From Lama guanicoe (taxonomy: Eukaryota): a DNA stretch of 64,000 nucleotides. The stretch lies in NCBI GenBank assembly GCA_013239625.1, contig MU053513.1:144370-208369 (forward strand), given 5' to 3'. Positions 25,390 to 39,688 of the stretch are shown one piece after another. The position numbers were made by a program, and so were the translations under genes. Each line of letters starts with the position of its first letter. Position 1 is the stretch's first letter. A model generated the notes under the pieces. The model saw only the letters and a list, made by a program, of their open reading frames with translations, ran no database searches and was not told where the DNA came from.

Positions 25390-26170
25390 AGGAATTTTAT
25401 TCATTGTTCGAACTTCATCTTTCTATATGCTGGTGATTCTCCAATATAAACTTCCAGCCCTGTTCACTCTCAAGTTTTGTAACTGAGTATCTACTTGCAT
25501 ACTTCACTGATTTGTTGCCCAAAAGGAATTTCAGCTTCGAAGTGCCCGTAACTTAGTCAAAATTCTTCCTCACGGATGTTCAGTATCTAGTCTTTTAGGT
25601 CAGTTAATGACACTACCTTCCATGGAGTTGCTTAAATATTTACTTCCTTACAACTTCACATCCACATTCACATCCAATCATTAATTGTGTTCTTTTATTT
25701 ATTCCTTAAATAACTGCCTAAACTGATTCTCTCTACCTTCATTGCTACTACCCTAGACAAGAAATCATGGCCTGGATTCTTTCTCTTCCTTCACTCATTC
25801 TGGTATCATTCTAGTCCATTCTTTGCACTGCTTTCCATGCAAAGATCATTTGAGGTAGAGATTTGATAATGCCATTTCCTGACTACAGCCCTTTTATGGC
25901 TTCCACTTAACTGTATAAGGAAATCCAGTACCTTTTACATAGTTTACAACACTCCCATGATATGTTAACCATCTACCTCTCACCTCTGTTATTTAAACTC
26001 CAGACATATGGGTTTCTTTCAAGCCCTGAATGCATCACACTTTTTCTGGGTCTGAACCTTCCACATACAGTATCCCCACTTCCAGCGATCGTCGCTCACC
26101 CTGTTTGTCTTACCTGGCTAATCTTTCTTCATTTTCAAGTATTAAATGACATTCTTCAAGAAAGCAATCA
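25390..26170 (+). mobile_element. L2 fragment
   Basis: tatatgctggtgattctccaatataaacttccagccctg...cacatccaatcatt...cattgctactaccctag. Confidence 0.7.
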
Positions 26171-26352
26171 CAACTCATCCCTTCAACAAATATGCATTAA
26201 GAACAAACTATGAATCAGACACACTTTGACGTATTAGGGATAGAGCATTTTACCAGATCTTATGGAAATTGCCTTCTTTTGTAGGAAAAGGCAGATAGAA
26301 GCAAATATGAGTAAGTAAATCCACGGAATAATAGATAGAGGTAGTCAGTACT

Positions 26353-26895
26353 GACACACCCAAGATGCACTGGCACAGCGCTTCTGTTGGTCACAATATT
26401 GAGATGCATATTTTAGCTGCTGCCCTGAGCTGCCAAGCATCCTCTTGTGAACAGATTAAGCCAGTTTCTCACCCTAGGACTTGGAAATCATCTAATAAAG
26501 AAAAGGTTAATGCCTGGCACAGCAGGGATTCTCCTCTGCCTCCCGCATTAGTTTTGCTTCATGGTACTAGAGCCTTTTAATCCTCCAAATGTCCCAATTC
26601 CCAAGCACTACCAATTGATCCCCCAGGAGTCACCTTTCCCCAACCCTTCTGATACGCGAGCCACTGTGACTCCAGGAAACCACACCTTAGCACCATTGAG
26701 AGGATCTTCCCACCGTCCAACCCACCAAGGTTTCTGTTGATTAGTTTTTCCCTCCACGCCTCAGCATCCCAGGAACCTGCCCAGAACCTACCAGAAGACA
26801 CTTGCAGGCAATTCTCCAGTACTGCCCTCCAAGCAAGGCAATGACTGCTGCCCTGCAAATTACCTCGGAGTCGCCCTCTTGTGACTGCTGGTGGA
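26353..26895. mobile_element. Possible old LTR-like insertion interrupting an L2 (family not recognised)
   Basis: GC-richer block with antisense L2-like sequence on both sides; no clear termini. Confidence 0.3.
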
Positions 26896-27994
26896 AATCG
26901 CTCTATGAAATTAATTCAGTAGAGAGGAAGATGATGATGATGCAAGAGAGATGAAAGAATTGCCAGAGAGCTTCTTTGAAAAGGCTTCAGGAAAGGGAAC
27001 TTTGTATACAAGCATATAATCTGGCCTTAGATGCAAGCATGAGTGGTTCATACAAAGTCACAAGATGAAGGCGGGGGTATATTGACAGGTGATGGTAGGG
27101 AATGGCTTTGACTACAGAAGACCTGATTTTTCTTCTATTTTTCGGTGAGATGAGATGCATATTATTAAGTGAGAATGTGTATAGAGAACAGATTACAGAG
27201 ACCACCAAGTCTCCATAAATATCCTTGCTACGTACTCCTTTACAGTCCTTTACTTTCTATTTCCTAACCCTCTTTATGTTTTTTAAATTCCTATAAAACA
27301 TATGTAAGTTCTACCATCTTGTTTCCAGCTTTGTCTGGCATAGTGTGGCCATACAATAATTACTGATTGAATTGAACTAAGATCTTGAATACTGTTGAAG
27401 ACTTTTTCCAATGAAAACAAACAAACGCACATGTGTGAAAAAAGAAAAGCTGACCCTATGGGGTCCAAAGGCCAGTAGCTGGTAGCAATTTAGCAAGGCA
27501 ATAAACAGCTTTCAATAAAGCTGCGTTTTATTAACGAGGTAAGAATTCTTTCCCTATAGGCACTACAGGGTCATCAAATGCTTGAAAACCTTCTGAGTGT
27601 TGGGAGAGAAAAGGTGCTAGTGGACTCAGAAAAAGTTGTAGGGCTTTGTGCCTTTATTTAGAAAATGTTGAAATTAGACTAATAGAAATACCACGACTTA
27701 CTTTCCTTACAACGCTAAAAAGAATTTTAGTGTAGACTATGGTGAATCCTTAGCCTTTTATTCACATATTAACACAAAGCTTCTAGAATGATAAGAATTC
27801 AGATTGTTCAGAATCCATTGGCAAAATGATGGATTTTTTTTAGCCCATTGACTTTTATCCACTTCCCTAGATAGACTCCGTCCTCAAATCTTTTTTTTTT
27901 TCTTTTAATGCCCTTCTAGGCCACACCTTTGCTCCCGTGTTTCCCTCTGTGCCTAAGGTCCATTGCTTGTTATAGTTCTAGAGCGGACTCAATG

Positions 27995-28585
27995 TGTTAG
28001 GCAGTTAGATCGGTAAGGGCACAGGGCAAGGGGGGTGGAAAGGGGCGGGAACAGTCCAGAAGATAATGGTATGCCTGCCCTCAGAAAAAGGGGCTTCAAA
28101 GAGCTTTATTTGCTCTAAATGAGAGCCAGAAAGACCCCAGTGAGAACTGGAAAGTTGCAAGTGTGCAGCAAAGAGGACTCGGCCTGACACGACCCAGTGC
28201 TCATTATAATGTAATTGGCATTTTGGTTTAGTCCCCTTTTGTGGGCTTTCCCATGTGCGTTGCGGGAAAGGACATGAGCGATAAAGAAAAGGTTATACAA
28301 CCCACACATGCCATCTTAAATGATGTCAACTCTCAAATTAGCTTAAGACAGCCCCTAGGAAACCACACAAAGAAACAGGGCCTGGGCGAGTGACTGCCTT
28401 TCCTCTCTTCAGTCAGCCCGCCTTCAACTCTCGAAGGTGTACATTAGTAAAAATACAAAATACTTTTTCAGAACTAAAAATCCTTAAGTACACAATGCTT
28501 TTGTGTCCCATCTGAATTCTTCTCTTTCAGGCAAGACAAGAACCAAGGCTTTTTTTTTTTTTTTTTTAACCTCCTTGCGGGAACA
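27995..28585 (+). mobile_element. ERV1-class solo LTR
   Basis: TG...CA termini (tgttaggcagttag ... ccttgcgggaaca); U5-like gaattcttctctttcaggcaagacaagaacc; internal poly-T. Confidence 0.75.
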
Positions 28586-29479
28586 ATCTGATTCACTGTC
28601 CCTGTGTAGGTACAGTCGGTGTGCTTCCTTCACTGTGTATTGTACTCACCTACTGATGCGGAAGTGATGGAGCAGGTAGGCATGACTACGAGGGGAGAAA
28701 GCGACATTCATAAATAAGAGAGGGAACAATGCAATGCAAATTGATGATCAGAGCAACAGTGATGTGAACACTGCACCCACAAAGTGAAAAAATACATATA
28801 CTCTGCACTTACGACACCCCCTGTGCCAGATCAGGCGTGCTGTTCAGCTACCTTTGAACATTTTGAGGGACAAAACTAAGAACAAAAGAGTTAAAGCACT
28901 CCAACAAGTAAATCCTTGCCTGGCTTGTCAAATTGTGCGTACTCGCCTTCCAATTTATCACAGCTGGCATTCCTGACCTGACTCCAGGCTAAGAGATTCA
29001 AGAGCAGCGTGCTCCTGTACCTTAGCATACTCGCCTATGGAGATGTTTTGATAGCTTCTTTGGGAAAGTGCCTTGTGCTCAAAGTCAAAATGAGTAGCAG
29101 GGTTTAACCTCACAAGCACTGAAATAGAATTTTTTTTCTTTACACTTATTTTTATTTTGATCATTTGTTTTGTTCCACGTGTGGTTTTATGTTTTGCTCA
29201 GCTAGATTATGAACTCCTGGAGGGTATGGACTTTGCTTACAGTGGCTAACAGAGTAGCCACCTACCAAATGCTACTATGTGCGAAACGTGGAATGTTAAA
29301 GATGCGGAAAGTGAGACATCATTTATGGATAAATTCAACAATCATGTATTATTCACTGTGCGCTAGACCTTATGCTATATCCTTGAGATGCAGATATGAT
29401 GGAAATCCAAGGGAATGTCTCATTTTTTGTTCCGTTGTTTTTTCCACAGATAGTAATACATGTAAGGAACTGGAGGTTC

Positions 29480-29950
29480 ACTGGAGAAAAGCTCGCCATT
29501 GTTCCTATACTTATGAAGCTTTATTTCTAGTTAGGATGAAGACAGTAAGACATTATAGACATTTAAAAAATTTTAATTGCAATTTGACCATTCTACAAAT
29601 AAATATATAGGGAGAAATAAATGTGTATCGGGGAATAAGCATAGTCTGGAGGGTTGTATTTGTAAAGTGTGGGGTTTATTGTTGTTTTTATTTTTGTATT
29701 TTTTTTTAAGAAAGTGACATTTGAGTTGAATTTTAAAGATTGAAAGGATAAGTAGATTGTAGGGGAAAAAGCCATTCCAAACAGAGGGCATGGCCAATGC
29801 AAAGATCCCAAGGAGGAAAGATGAGAAACATCAGGATCTAAATGATATCTAATGAGGCTGGGAGACTGGAAACTTCACGAGGAAGGTGGTTGCCATGTCA
29901 TAGCCATTAGCAAATGCCAACAAAGAATTTGGTTTTTTTTACCTCTCACT
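29480..29950 (-). mobile_element. L2 fragment
   Basis: gaaagtgacatttgagttgaattttaaagattga...ccattccaaacagagggcatggccaatgcaaagatcc. Confidence 0.7.
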
Positions 29951-30599
29951 TAAGTCAAATGAGCCATAATTTCATTTTAATCATGCTGCCAACAGGATTA
30001 CGAGCCAGTGCTGTCAGATAATCTTGCATACCAGCTATTAGCATTCTGCCATTCTTAGGAAAATATTTCGATTGAATCACACAAAAATAGACTTAACAGA
30101 CAAAATGGGTAAGAACTTCAGAATTGCTCTGTAAATTTTCGCGTATTTGGCAAGTCGACCTCGTACAAACACACTTATGCCCTACTTACTCCAATGTCCC
30201 CTTCACATTGTGTATTTCTCAAGGCCACTGAAGTATATTTCACTGCTGACACCTGCTTTCTTCAACTTCCTTGACACAATTTTATCAAAACTCTCCTGAT
30301 CCCTAATTGTTGATTCTCTGGCCATTCCTTCTCCATCTTGCTAACTCTAGGGGTCTGGATTTCTACCCTGGCTCATTTGACTTTCCTCTCCATATCCCCT
30401 TCCTTAACAATGTCATAGAAATTTTGAACACTGTAGCAGTTGATAGCATTTATAATAAAAAGAAACTTTTATTCGATTTATTACTAGATATTATGGTAAG
30501 TGGTTTGTTTTTGTGTGTCTTTAAATTTTTAACAAGACCTATCGTTGCAGTTAACCCTTAAAACAACCTAGTCTTTCTTTCTGCAGCCTCTTTCTTCCT

Positions 30600-30775
30600 T
30601 GGTATACAATGTAGCACACAGATGATTCCATAAGAGAGTAGTAGTATTTCTATTTTGTGGATGAAAAGTCTGAGCCTTAGGAATATTAAGCAGTTAGCTC
30701 CAGATCATGACATAAGTAGCAGTAGATCAAAGATTCAAACTAGACAGGCTGTCTTAAGATCACAGGTCTGGATAA
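30600..30775 (-). mobile_element. MIR SINE
   Basis: tatttctattttgtggatgaaaagtctgagccttagg...aagattcaaactagacaggctgtct. Confidence 0.7.
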
Positions 30776-30869
30776 TAATACTGTCTCATTAAAAACTGAC
30801 CACAAAAGGCAGAATCATCCCCAGAACAGATGCTATGTGATAACTGTACAGGCGTAAAACTACTAAGGC

Positions 30870-31065
30870 ATACTTCTCAATCCTCACTTCATTAGTTATT
30901 AGCTTTATGACTCTGGATAAATTTCTGAACTTCTCTGAGCATTATGTTTCATCAATAAAATTAATATTTTAAGAGTCACAGCTACAGTTTTGTTATGAGA
31001 ACAAAATAAATGCCAGAATTTTAGTACTGTGGCCAACACCTAGTCAACATTTTAAAACAATTATT
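30870..31065 (+). mobile_element. MIR SINE, opposite orientation to the adjacent MIR
   Basis: tcaatcctcacttc...tattagctttatgactctggataaatttctgaacttctctgagc. Confidence 0.7.
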
Positions 31066-31377
31066 TTTCTTTGATTGTCTCCAAGGTAAATGTATCTCTT
31101 TAGTTTTCAATAGATTCACTGTTGACCATCTGTTCTTAAATTGAGTTATTAAATACTTCTAAGATATAGATGAATTTTTCCATAGTAATTTCTTATTATG
31201 AAGACATGAAATATGGACTCCCTTGCAGTGTACTACCACAGATGTAGTGCCCACACACGACCACGGTATCTAATGTCCTGTTACGGCAACATTTCAGGTC
31301 CATCATAGACCACATTTGTCCAGTTGCTTGAGACATTGATAATGCTTGTTTAGATTTAGTCATTAAGAGAAGCTTTA

Positions 31378-31484
31378 GCGCTCACTTCAGCAGCACATAT
31401 GCTGGAACTGGAACAATACGGAGAAGATGAGCACGGCCCCTGGACAAGAATGACGTGCAAATGCACGGAGCGTTCTATGCTTTT
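31378..31484 (+). pseudogene. Full-length U6 snRNA pseudogene
   Basis: Ungapped match to canonical U6 (GTGCTCGCTTCGGCAGCACATATAC...CGTTCCATATTTT), 23 differences in 106 nt by hand alignment; ACAGAGA box mutated to ACGGAGA; no PSE/TATA recognised upstream. Confidence 0.95.
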
Positions 31485-31575
31485 ACATAGTAATAATAAT
31501 GCATAATTCACACTGCTCTTATTCTAAGCAGGATACCAAATTAAATATAATCACAATGACCTCTCAGAAATTAAT

Positions 31576-32034
31576 TGTTGGGGTACACAATGTGGTGGTG
31601 GGCCGGTGACACAGGTTGGTGAAAGAATTTACCAAAGACGAAGGAGGAGAATAGTAAAGGAGTTTATTAGGTTATGCTGCCATAGAGGAGCAGCGGGCCA
31701 CACAGACCAGAGACGCCCGTGGGCACCCAGGGCCGGTGGTTGGGTCTTTCATAAGGGAGGGCCACGAGGTGCCTGATCAACTTGTGCGCAAGTCTCTGAC
31801 TGGTTGTAGGGGAGGTAAGAAGTTTAGGGTCCATGAAGAGCAGTGAGGTTCATGACTCTGATAAGGTGGGCTGAGACAAGCCAGCCTGCGCTCTGCGAGG
31901 TCAGGTGTTACCGCGGGCTCTCAGTTTGTTAGGGCCAACTCGCCCAGGAGAGCATGAACTTCGTTTAGGGCTCGCAGGCAGACATCTGAGAGCCCAGGGA
32001 TGGGCGTCATTGGACTTTGAAAGATGTCCCCACA
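31576..32034 (-). mobile_element. ERV solo LTR, relatively CpG-rich
   Basis: Inverted termini tgttggggtaca / tgtccccaca; tttatt (minus-strand aataaa) near the left end. Confidence 0.75.
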
Positions 32035-33362
32035 AAAATAATTGGCCCCATAATAATAATAATAATTTCAAAAGGAATATTAGTTTAGCATATTTAATTG
32101 CATTAACTTTGTCCTACTTGGGTACATTCAGCTATTTATTTTTTATCTTTATCGCCTCTAAATTAAAATAACTTCAACTTCTTTAAACTTTCTCTTCTAC
32201 ATAATTTAACAAACAAATGGCTCTTTTAACATTTTTCCCATGCCAAATTTCTTTTAAAACACACTGCTTTCCTAATATTCAAACTGATAATTCTGTCTGC
32301 ATCTATTTATTCCGTGATTTGTAAAAGAAAATCATTATTCTATGAGCCCTGACAAAGACATAAATGAAAAGGACTTGACCCATTGCCTTAAGGGTCTTGT
32401 AACTCAAAGAACAAAAGGGTGTCTTGCAAACCCAGTTCTCTTACTAGAGAGCAGTATCAGCTAGCTTAAAAAGCGTACTTCTGTATAAATAACCATCTTC
32501 CTTCAGTCAAAATAATCATGTTACTTTACGGTACATCATTCTTTATACTTTCCAAAGTGTTTTCGCATGTATCCTCACATTACATTTTCACAAGACTGTA
32601 TTTTGGAGAATTCTCCCACTTCGCAGACTGGGAAATCTAACCTCCTTGGGCCTCAATGTCTTAACCACGTAGAAAGTTAGTGTTGACATCCAAAGGAGAG
32701 AAATAGCTTAAGACTTCCTTACACTTGTCTCTTTACTCCGGCGAAAACAAGAAAAATTATAATCTGAATGCTCGTGATCAAGGACAGGGATTCAAAAGAA
32801 CACATAAAATTAATGTCCTTTCTCATTTCTCTCCCTTTGAAAAGCAAGGGACATTATTCCTTCAAGGGGACAGCTTAATAAAGTAGGTAATGAGAAAGGG
32901 TATATACTCTATAATGATTGCTAAATGAGAGTAGAAGAAAAGTCATGCTGGAAGTTAGGAAATTTAGAGTCTCTTTTTATTTCTCTAACCAAACAGAAAA
33001 AAAAAGTAATTTTTAGAGAATCTATTTGTCGATATTTTGTTCAGTGAAAACAGAAAAACAGAAATCCCTTTTAGATCCTTGCCATCCATCTCCATATGAA
33101 ATATTTAAGGAAAAGAAAATTAAATAACAGTGTGCTGCTGAAAGTGGACTGGTGGCTCCCGGCACCAGGTTAAGCTTCAGATAAAAGCAGGCTTGTGTCC
33201 ATTTCAACCTCTCTACCCCTTACCCTCAGGCTCTAGGGCCACCATCCTCAATAATTCTTAAACCAGAAAGCTCTTAAGAACACAGATACTTTCCAAAGCT
33301 AGTGGCAAACTCATTTGCTGTCAAAACATGACTGGGACCACTGTGCAAGTATTTCTTAATAT

Positions 33363-33736
33363 TGTTAAAAAACAAGACAAGAGACCTAAAAGGTAGTCAC
33401 TTGTGCCAAGCCCTATGTCACCAAACTGAGACTTAAGTATAGCTGTGGCCAGAACTAGAACCATCAACTAGTCAGTCAGGAATCATCTGATCAACACGAG
33501 CTGGGTAACCTGCCTGATAGACCTCTGACATCCTGTGAAATGACTCTGAAATAACTAACCCATTTTTTGGCCTAGGATAACTTCCTTTTCCTGCTCCTTT
33601 CTGCCTGTAAAAGTCTTGTCCTCAGGACTCCTTTCTACCTGCTGGATTAGATGCTGCTTGATTCATGAATCGTTGAACAAAGCCCATTTAATCTTTTAAA
33701 AAATGACACAGTTTTGGTTTGTTTAAAGTTTCAATA
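33363..33736 (+). mobile_element. ERV1-class solo LTR (MER34-like)
   Basis: tgttaaaa start; gatgctgcttgattcatgaatcgttgaacaaagcccatttaatctttt resembles the MER34-group 3' end. Confidence 0.6.
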
Positions 33737-33933
33737 TTCATGTTTTGTGAAGAAATGGTAGTATATTAAATTAAGGGTCACTGGCCCAAAACTCACATTA
33801 TCTGCAGTGTCCTGCCTGTGAGCATATAATGGGCTCCAAACACCTTATTAATTATCTGCAGAGTACTCTCCTTCTAGAACAGCAGTAATTCTGAAATCTG
33901 AAAATCATTTCTCCCTAAGGGTCTCACCTAACC

Positions 33934-34510
33934 TGTGATGGCCCAGCAAGGACAAGGCAGAGAGAATGCAACTGTATTTCTCCTCCAAGAGACTTGGTTA
34001 TGGGTCAACTTAATATTCATGTTACATGTACATGAAGGCAGGAGATAAAGCAGGGGAGAGGGGACAGGAGAGGGAGAGAGGGTCATTCCTTGACTGTTGA
34101 CAGAACACGAAAACTCCTTTAATACTCCCAGCATTAGAGGTAGTGGTGTTTCAGCATTTGTACCAGGTCTCTGAAATCTAGTTCCCATAGGGTGAGGCAA
34201 AGAGGGGGTGACACTTATTCCCATAGAGGTATGTCTTTAGTTAAGGAATCCAGTCTTGTATAATGGGCAGTAAGCCTGACCTTTGCTCCTGAGATGGACA
34301 TGTTCTCTGTTATACTGGACAGCACATTAACCCCTCACTGGCTTAGAATATGGATGGAGGGAGGGAGGGGCAAAGATGTACCATTTCTATCTTTCAAGGC
34401 TGTTTGCTCTACAAACATCTTTGATAAGATAGTCCAGAAGAAGGTCCTCAGAATCCTTTCTCACAAGATGGGCAGAAATGAGCAAGTCCCATGCAAATTC
34501 TCTCCTAACA
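33934..34510 (-). mobile_element. ERVL solo LTR (MER70/MER76-like)
   Basis: tttctatctttcaaggctgtttgctctacaaacatctttgataagatagtccag...cccatgcaaattctctcctaaca. Confidence 0.65.
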
Positions 34511-37500
34511 ATGTCTTCATAAGGTCACATTTGTTGCAAAACTAAACATGAAGACTTCATAAAATATTTGTCTTTTAATCAAGTCTTCCTGTAAATTATC
34601 CATGTCTTCACCAACCAATTATTATATATAATTCAGAGTTCACAGTTTCAATTCTAGTTTCCAAATGGATAAAATTATAAACTGTTTAAGTCACTCATGG
34701 GGCTTCAGAGATGCATGCATTTTTATATAATCATACTAGAATTTCTCATGATAAGCAACTAAGTAGAATAAATTCAGGAGTCAGCTTTCATTCTTAAATG
34801 AAAAGTATTGCTGAGCCATTTTCAGTGGGGATGTGTTGCATGTGGAATGTCCTAAATTAAGAGCTTATTTTATTTTTAAATACATTCTTCCTTTAAAAAT
34901 GTCCACACTATTTTAACTGTTGGCATTTCTTTAAAGATACGAGATAAGAATTGACTTTTTATTGACTAGTCATTTGAAAAATATTAAGAATTATTCATTC
35001 TCCTATATTTTTACCTGAAGGTAGTTATAGAAAAAATGATTTGCTATATGAAGCCGAATTCAGCAAGTTGTATCTTTTTAAAATATATCTGCTTTTAAAC
35101 CACTTGTGTAAGTAGCAGTCATTTATTTATTTTTATTTAGCTATAATTGGTAATCAAATGACCACTTTTGACTGTTAGATACTATAAAGTCAAGTATCTC
35201 CCTGAGGATTTTTATTTCATTTACAAGTGTAATTTGTTTGAAAATATGATGGACTTTCCTTTCGTGAAATGATTTGTGTTAGAAAATGAAATAAATGCTA
35301 ATAAGAACAAAGATGTAAGCTACAATAGTGGGGAAAGCAACTCTGAAAAAATTCATTGACAAGGATATATTATGTATGACTTTTAGATTATCCACTCGCC
35401 CATTTTAAGGTAACAAGGGTTTTGGAAGAGGTGGAGGAAATCAATGAAATAAACACTTTATTTTTTAAATTTGTAATATGTTTATATTTGCATATATGTC
35501 TATTTTTATTCATGGGCAAATTAAGATGGCTAAACCAAAACTTATTATGAAAATAGCCTACTGAAGTCAGAAAAATACCCATGAAGTAATAATCAATAAC
35601 TCATTTTAGTTTCTTAACTATTGTACCAGGTTAGCCTTTGAAAACAAGAGTAACAAAAGTAATTGTGTTTTTAATTAGTTATAGTCATATTTTAATCCAA
35701 AATTAAATGCAAAGCTTGAGAAATGAATGATTGTTATGAAGCCATGGAAACTGTATGATCACAGTAGAATAAGGATGTTCATTGTGGGTGATACTGATGC
35801 CAAGGGGAGGAAAATTGGCCTGGGAAGGGTGAAGAGAAATCCTAAGGTACTACGATCGGTTTTGTCCTTCCAGAGCTCAAATCCACAGATAAACTCTTAT
35901 TCCTTAGTAGTGAGTACCTTTTGTTAGTGTCACAATAATTTTTCTTATTGATAATATACAATGAAAAAAGACTGAGAAATGCTGCTGTAGATGATGTCAA
36001 AAATTTTTAGCTCTATACAGAAGTAACACTTAAAAGCAAAGCATTTTTATATAAGAAATGAAGCACATTTATGTTAAGACTTTCTTTTGTGTAGTTGCCA
36101 TGACATATCTGAGATATTTTCTTTAAGTTAATTTTAAATCTCTTCCCTGTCAAAAAAAAAAAAACCCAGAAAAAAAGAAAAGATAAGAAAAGAAAAGAAA
36201 ACAGTGCTGTGAAATGTTGTATACAGATGATAGATAGATAATCATTTAAAGCATTATTTTATTTCTCCTTTTCTGGTTTCAGTGTTTTCCAATATGGAAA
36301 TTAAAACATCTCAACAGAAAATATTTTGAAATCTTGCTAATACTTTGAGCCTAGCATGGATTAAACTAAACTAATTTTACTAATGAAAACAAAAAAAGAA
36401 AGCTAAATAAAATAAGCAGGCTGGATAAAAGTTATTTTAATGAGCCTTAATTTAATCCTTTCTATAAATGCATATTTCTAATATATTATTTTTTGTAAGG
36501 AATTTTGTACTCAATGTTTTGTGGTTTTTGTAAAAAAACATTTTCATAGTGGAGCAACACTGACATCCAGTAGTTAGTTAAGTGAATCTCAGCAGCATTT
36601 TTAGTATTGATGGGTATATACCCCCAGGATACACACACAAAGCCACATTCTACATCAGTTTCAATAAGCAGTGCTTCTACAATACTCTTTTGCATTTTTC
36701 TTGTCCTGGTCTGAATAATTTGAGAATATAGTTTCAGGCAAAAGTTAATGTTGTTGCTTGTATTATTCTGCCGCTCACATGACATTCTATACTCCAGTGG
36801 ATAACTTGTCAGCAGTCCACTGCCTGTCGATTCCCTAAAGTCTTGCCTCCAAAGTTCAACACCAGAGTGCAAACAAATCACTCTTTTGAATTTTGAGCTC
36901 TACTCCCAGGAGAGGGCAGTGAGGCAATAGATTAGAAAATGAAATTAGGAAGTAAAGACTAATGACATAAGGGAAATGTAATGTCACATTTGTCTTTGTA
37001 TCTCTTCTTCGTTTTGGTACTACTGTTCTTCCATCAGACTGTTTCCTTGAGTTATACAGGCAGGAAAAGGTACATCTTATTCAGCTTCCAAAGACATTCA
37101 TCTATGTCATGAAGGTCATGTGTGATGTAAAAACCAACAGTATAAAATTATGCGCTAATGCGAAGGTGCAAATGGCAATTAAAACTCACGACCTGGAAAA
37201 AGTGTAAGCACCTCTGTGATTAAAGCCGCTGAAAGGTAAATACAAAGTGAAAGTAAATAAATCAGCCCTGACCACAAGTGGCTACATTTCAGAAAGCACT
37301 GTGCCCTTTTGGGTCCAGCTTCTGGTGGGTAGTTGTAATCAATAGTCCTAGAATCTAAATGCTTGAGGGCAAATAAAGTTGGTCCTTACATAACTCTAAT
37401 TTTTCAGTCATCTTGTACAATACTTCATGTACACTGAAACAAATCATTCTCCTTCTAACCCTCTCCTGTTAAAGTTGCCTTTCCTTCAGTGCATAGCTGA

Positions 37501-39171
37501 CAGCTGGCCAATTTGGGTCAGGAAAGAAAGAAAATGAGAGAACTTAAAGTCCAGAAAAGCTGTATGTAAATGATACATGCTTCTCAATAAATTTTGCCTT
37601 TAACTATAACTCATAAATGAAGTTCTGATTATAGTTCTAGCTCAGTCTAATGTTCTGTGCATAACTAGGAAAACATTTCGATGCTATCTGGAACCTGAGT
37701 CTTTCTATGGAGCTATCCCTTTGAATAAATTGCTACTAAAATATCATGTATCGGGAGCAAGCCATATTGTACATTCCAAAGAGAATTGTATGCAACTAAA
37801 TTTGTTGCTTTGAGATCACTTCAGAGGCTATAAATTCTTCAAAGATATCTGCTTACTTTGGAAATCCTTTTTCCTCTTTACATGCAATCGAATGCCTTAG
37901 AATAAGCTCTTTACCAAATGGGCTCTATCCAAGAACTTGCTGTGCTTCTAATAATTATTCACCTTGCTGCTGGTCAGCTTCAAAAGGGAGAGCTGCTGTG
38001 GAAAAATAGCTCTAGTAGTCTGGCATAGATAATAAAATACATTTTTCTGAAATAATCTCCTCTTTATTGCAAATTTTCAGTTGCCTTCTATAAAACTTTC
38101 CATAAAAACATAAAATGAAAACCTTATGTATGTATGCATGTAATGCATTTAAAAAAATTGTTAATATGGAGATCACTTAAGTCTTCTGGTTTGATTCATG
38201 AGTTGCCCAGAGTATCATTGGCCTAAAAGGAATCAAATTGGCACTAGCACTGTATGGGACAGCTGTTTCCATTTCTTCCCCTAAAGGGGTCCCATGCCTT
38301 CCCTGGTAAAGAAAGGAAACTTGGCTGGCAGAAAAAAAAAAGGGCTTATACTTATATAATGCCAAAATAACCAGAGAATTATGTCAAAAGCAAAATCAGT
38401 TCACAGAAGAAAACTGGCACCACAAAATGAAGTAATACTCTTTAAATGACATTGATAGTTTGTAATACAAATCTGCAAATTAATTAATAATGATAAATTC
38501 AAGACATATGCATTTTGACATTTCACACTTTATCATACTATTCTGACAACTGGTCAGTTGTGAAGATGCTTGAAAATATGTTTCTTTTTCTCATCCCATT
38601 GTATTCTTTATGGCTTGATATAACATTAACCAACTCAATCACTTAGTCCATAATTATTGGTCCAGTGCTTACTTTATGCCAGAACTTTGATAAGAATGAA
38701 GAACTTATAGATGAGAAAGATTGACTCCTGACCTAAAAGATCTTTAAAATTAATTATCATAGAATTTTTTATGGAAATATCATATCCTATGTATATATTA
38801 CTTTCAATAAGAATAATTCAAATTGTCTATTAACAAACCTAGTTTATTGACAATGGCAGATGAGAAATCCAAAATGAAGTTCAGACCTCTTTTGCAGTGT
38901 AGAGACTGACATTTGCTGTCTTTTCTAAATTAAATATTTATATGATAAATAATTTTTATAGTAGAATCTGATCTAAACAAGACAGAATTTTCTGAACAAG
39001 AGATAGTATAAAAATAAATGACAGAAATTATATTCTGGTTGATGATATCCTACTATGGTTTTGTTGTTATAAAACAGAATAAAAAATCATAAATAGAAAC
39101 CAAATAAAAAACATCACTACATGTATATTAAAACTAAAAACAAACAGATATAATGAATAGGAGAATGATGA

Positions 39172-39688
39172 GGTGTGCAGAATAATGTTCTCTATTCCCC
39201 AAAATGTTTTTTCTCCTAATCTCCAGAAACTATTAATATGTAGGTTATACAGCAAGGAGGAATTAAATTTGCAGACGTAATTAAGGTTGCTAATCAGCTG
39301 ACTTTAAAATAGTGAGATTACTTTGGATTCTCTAAGTGGCTCAGTGTAATCACAATGATTCTTAAAAGTGGAAGAGGGAGGTAGAAGAGTGAGAATTTGA
39401 GAGATTTTGAAGTGAGAATGACCCATTCCAGTGTGCTGACTTCAAAGGTGGAGAAACGGGGCCATGAGCTGAGAAACGTGGGAGCATCTCTAGAAGCTAG
39501 AAAAGGTAAGGAAAACAATTCTACCTTTGAGCCTCCAGAGCGAATACAGCCCTGCAGACACCCTGATTTTAGTTTAGTGAGTTCCATTTCCGACTTCTGA
39601 CTTTCAGTCCTGTAAGTAATAAATTTGTGTTATTTTAAGCCACTGAGTTTGTGGTAATTTGTTATAGCAGTGACAGGAGACTAATACA
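39172..39688 (+). mobile_element. MaLR LTR, MLT1D-like
   Basis: gcagaataatg...ttgcagacgtaattaaggttgctaatcagctgac...tctagaagctagaaaagg...aataaatttgtgttattttaagccact...ctaataca. Confidence 0.85.

Noticed and set aside
31378..31484. Functional U6 gene or U6-L1 chimera
   Set aside because: ACAGAGA box mutated, ~78% identity, no recognisable upstream promoter, and no L1 sequence joined at the 3' end
36486..36881. 131-aa minus-strand ORF in apparently unique DNA
   Set aside because: Non-ATG start, no recognisable domain or convincing splice boundaries; length compatible with chance
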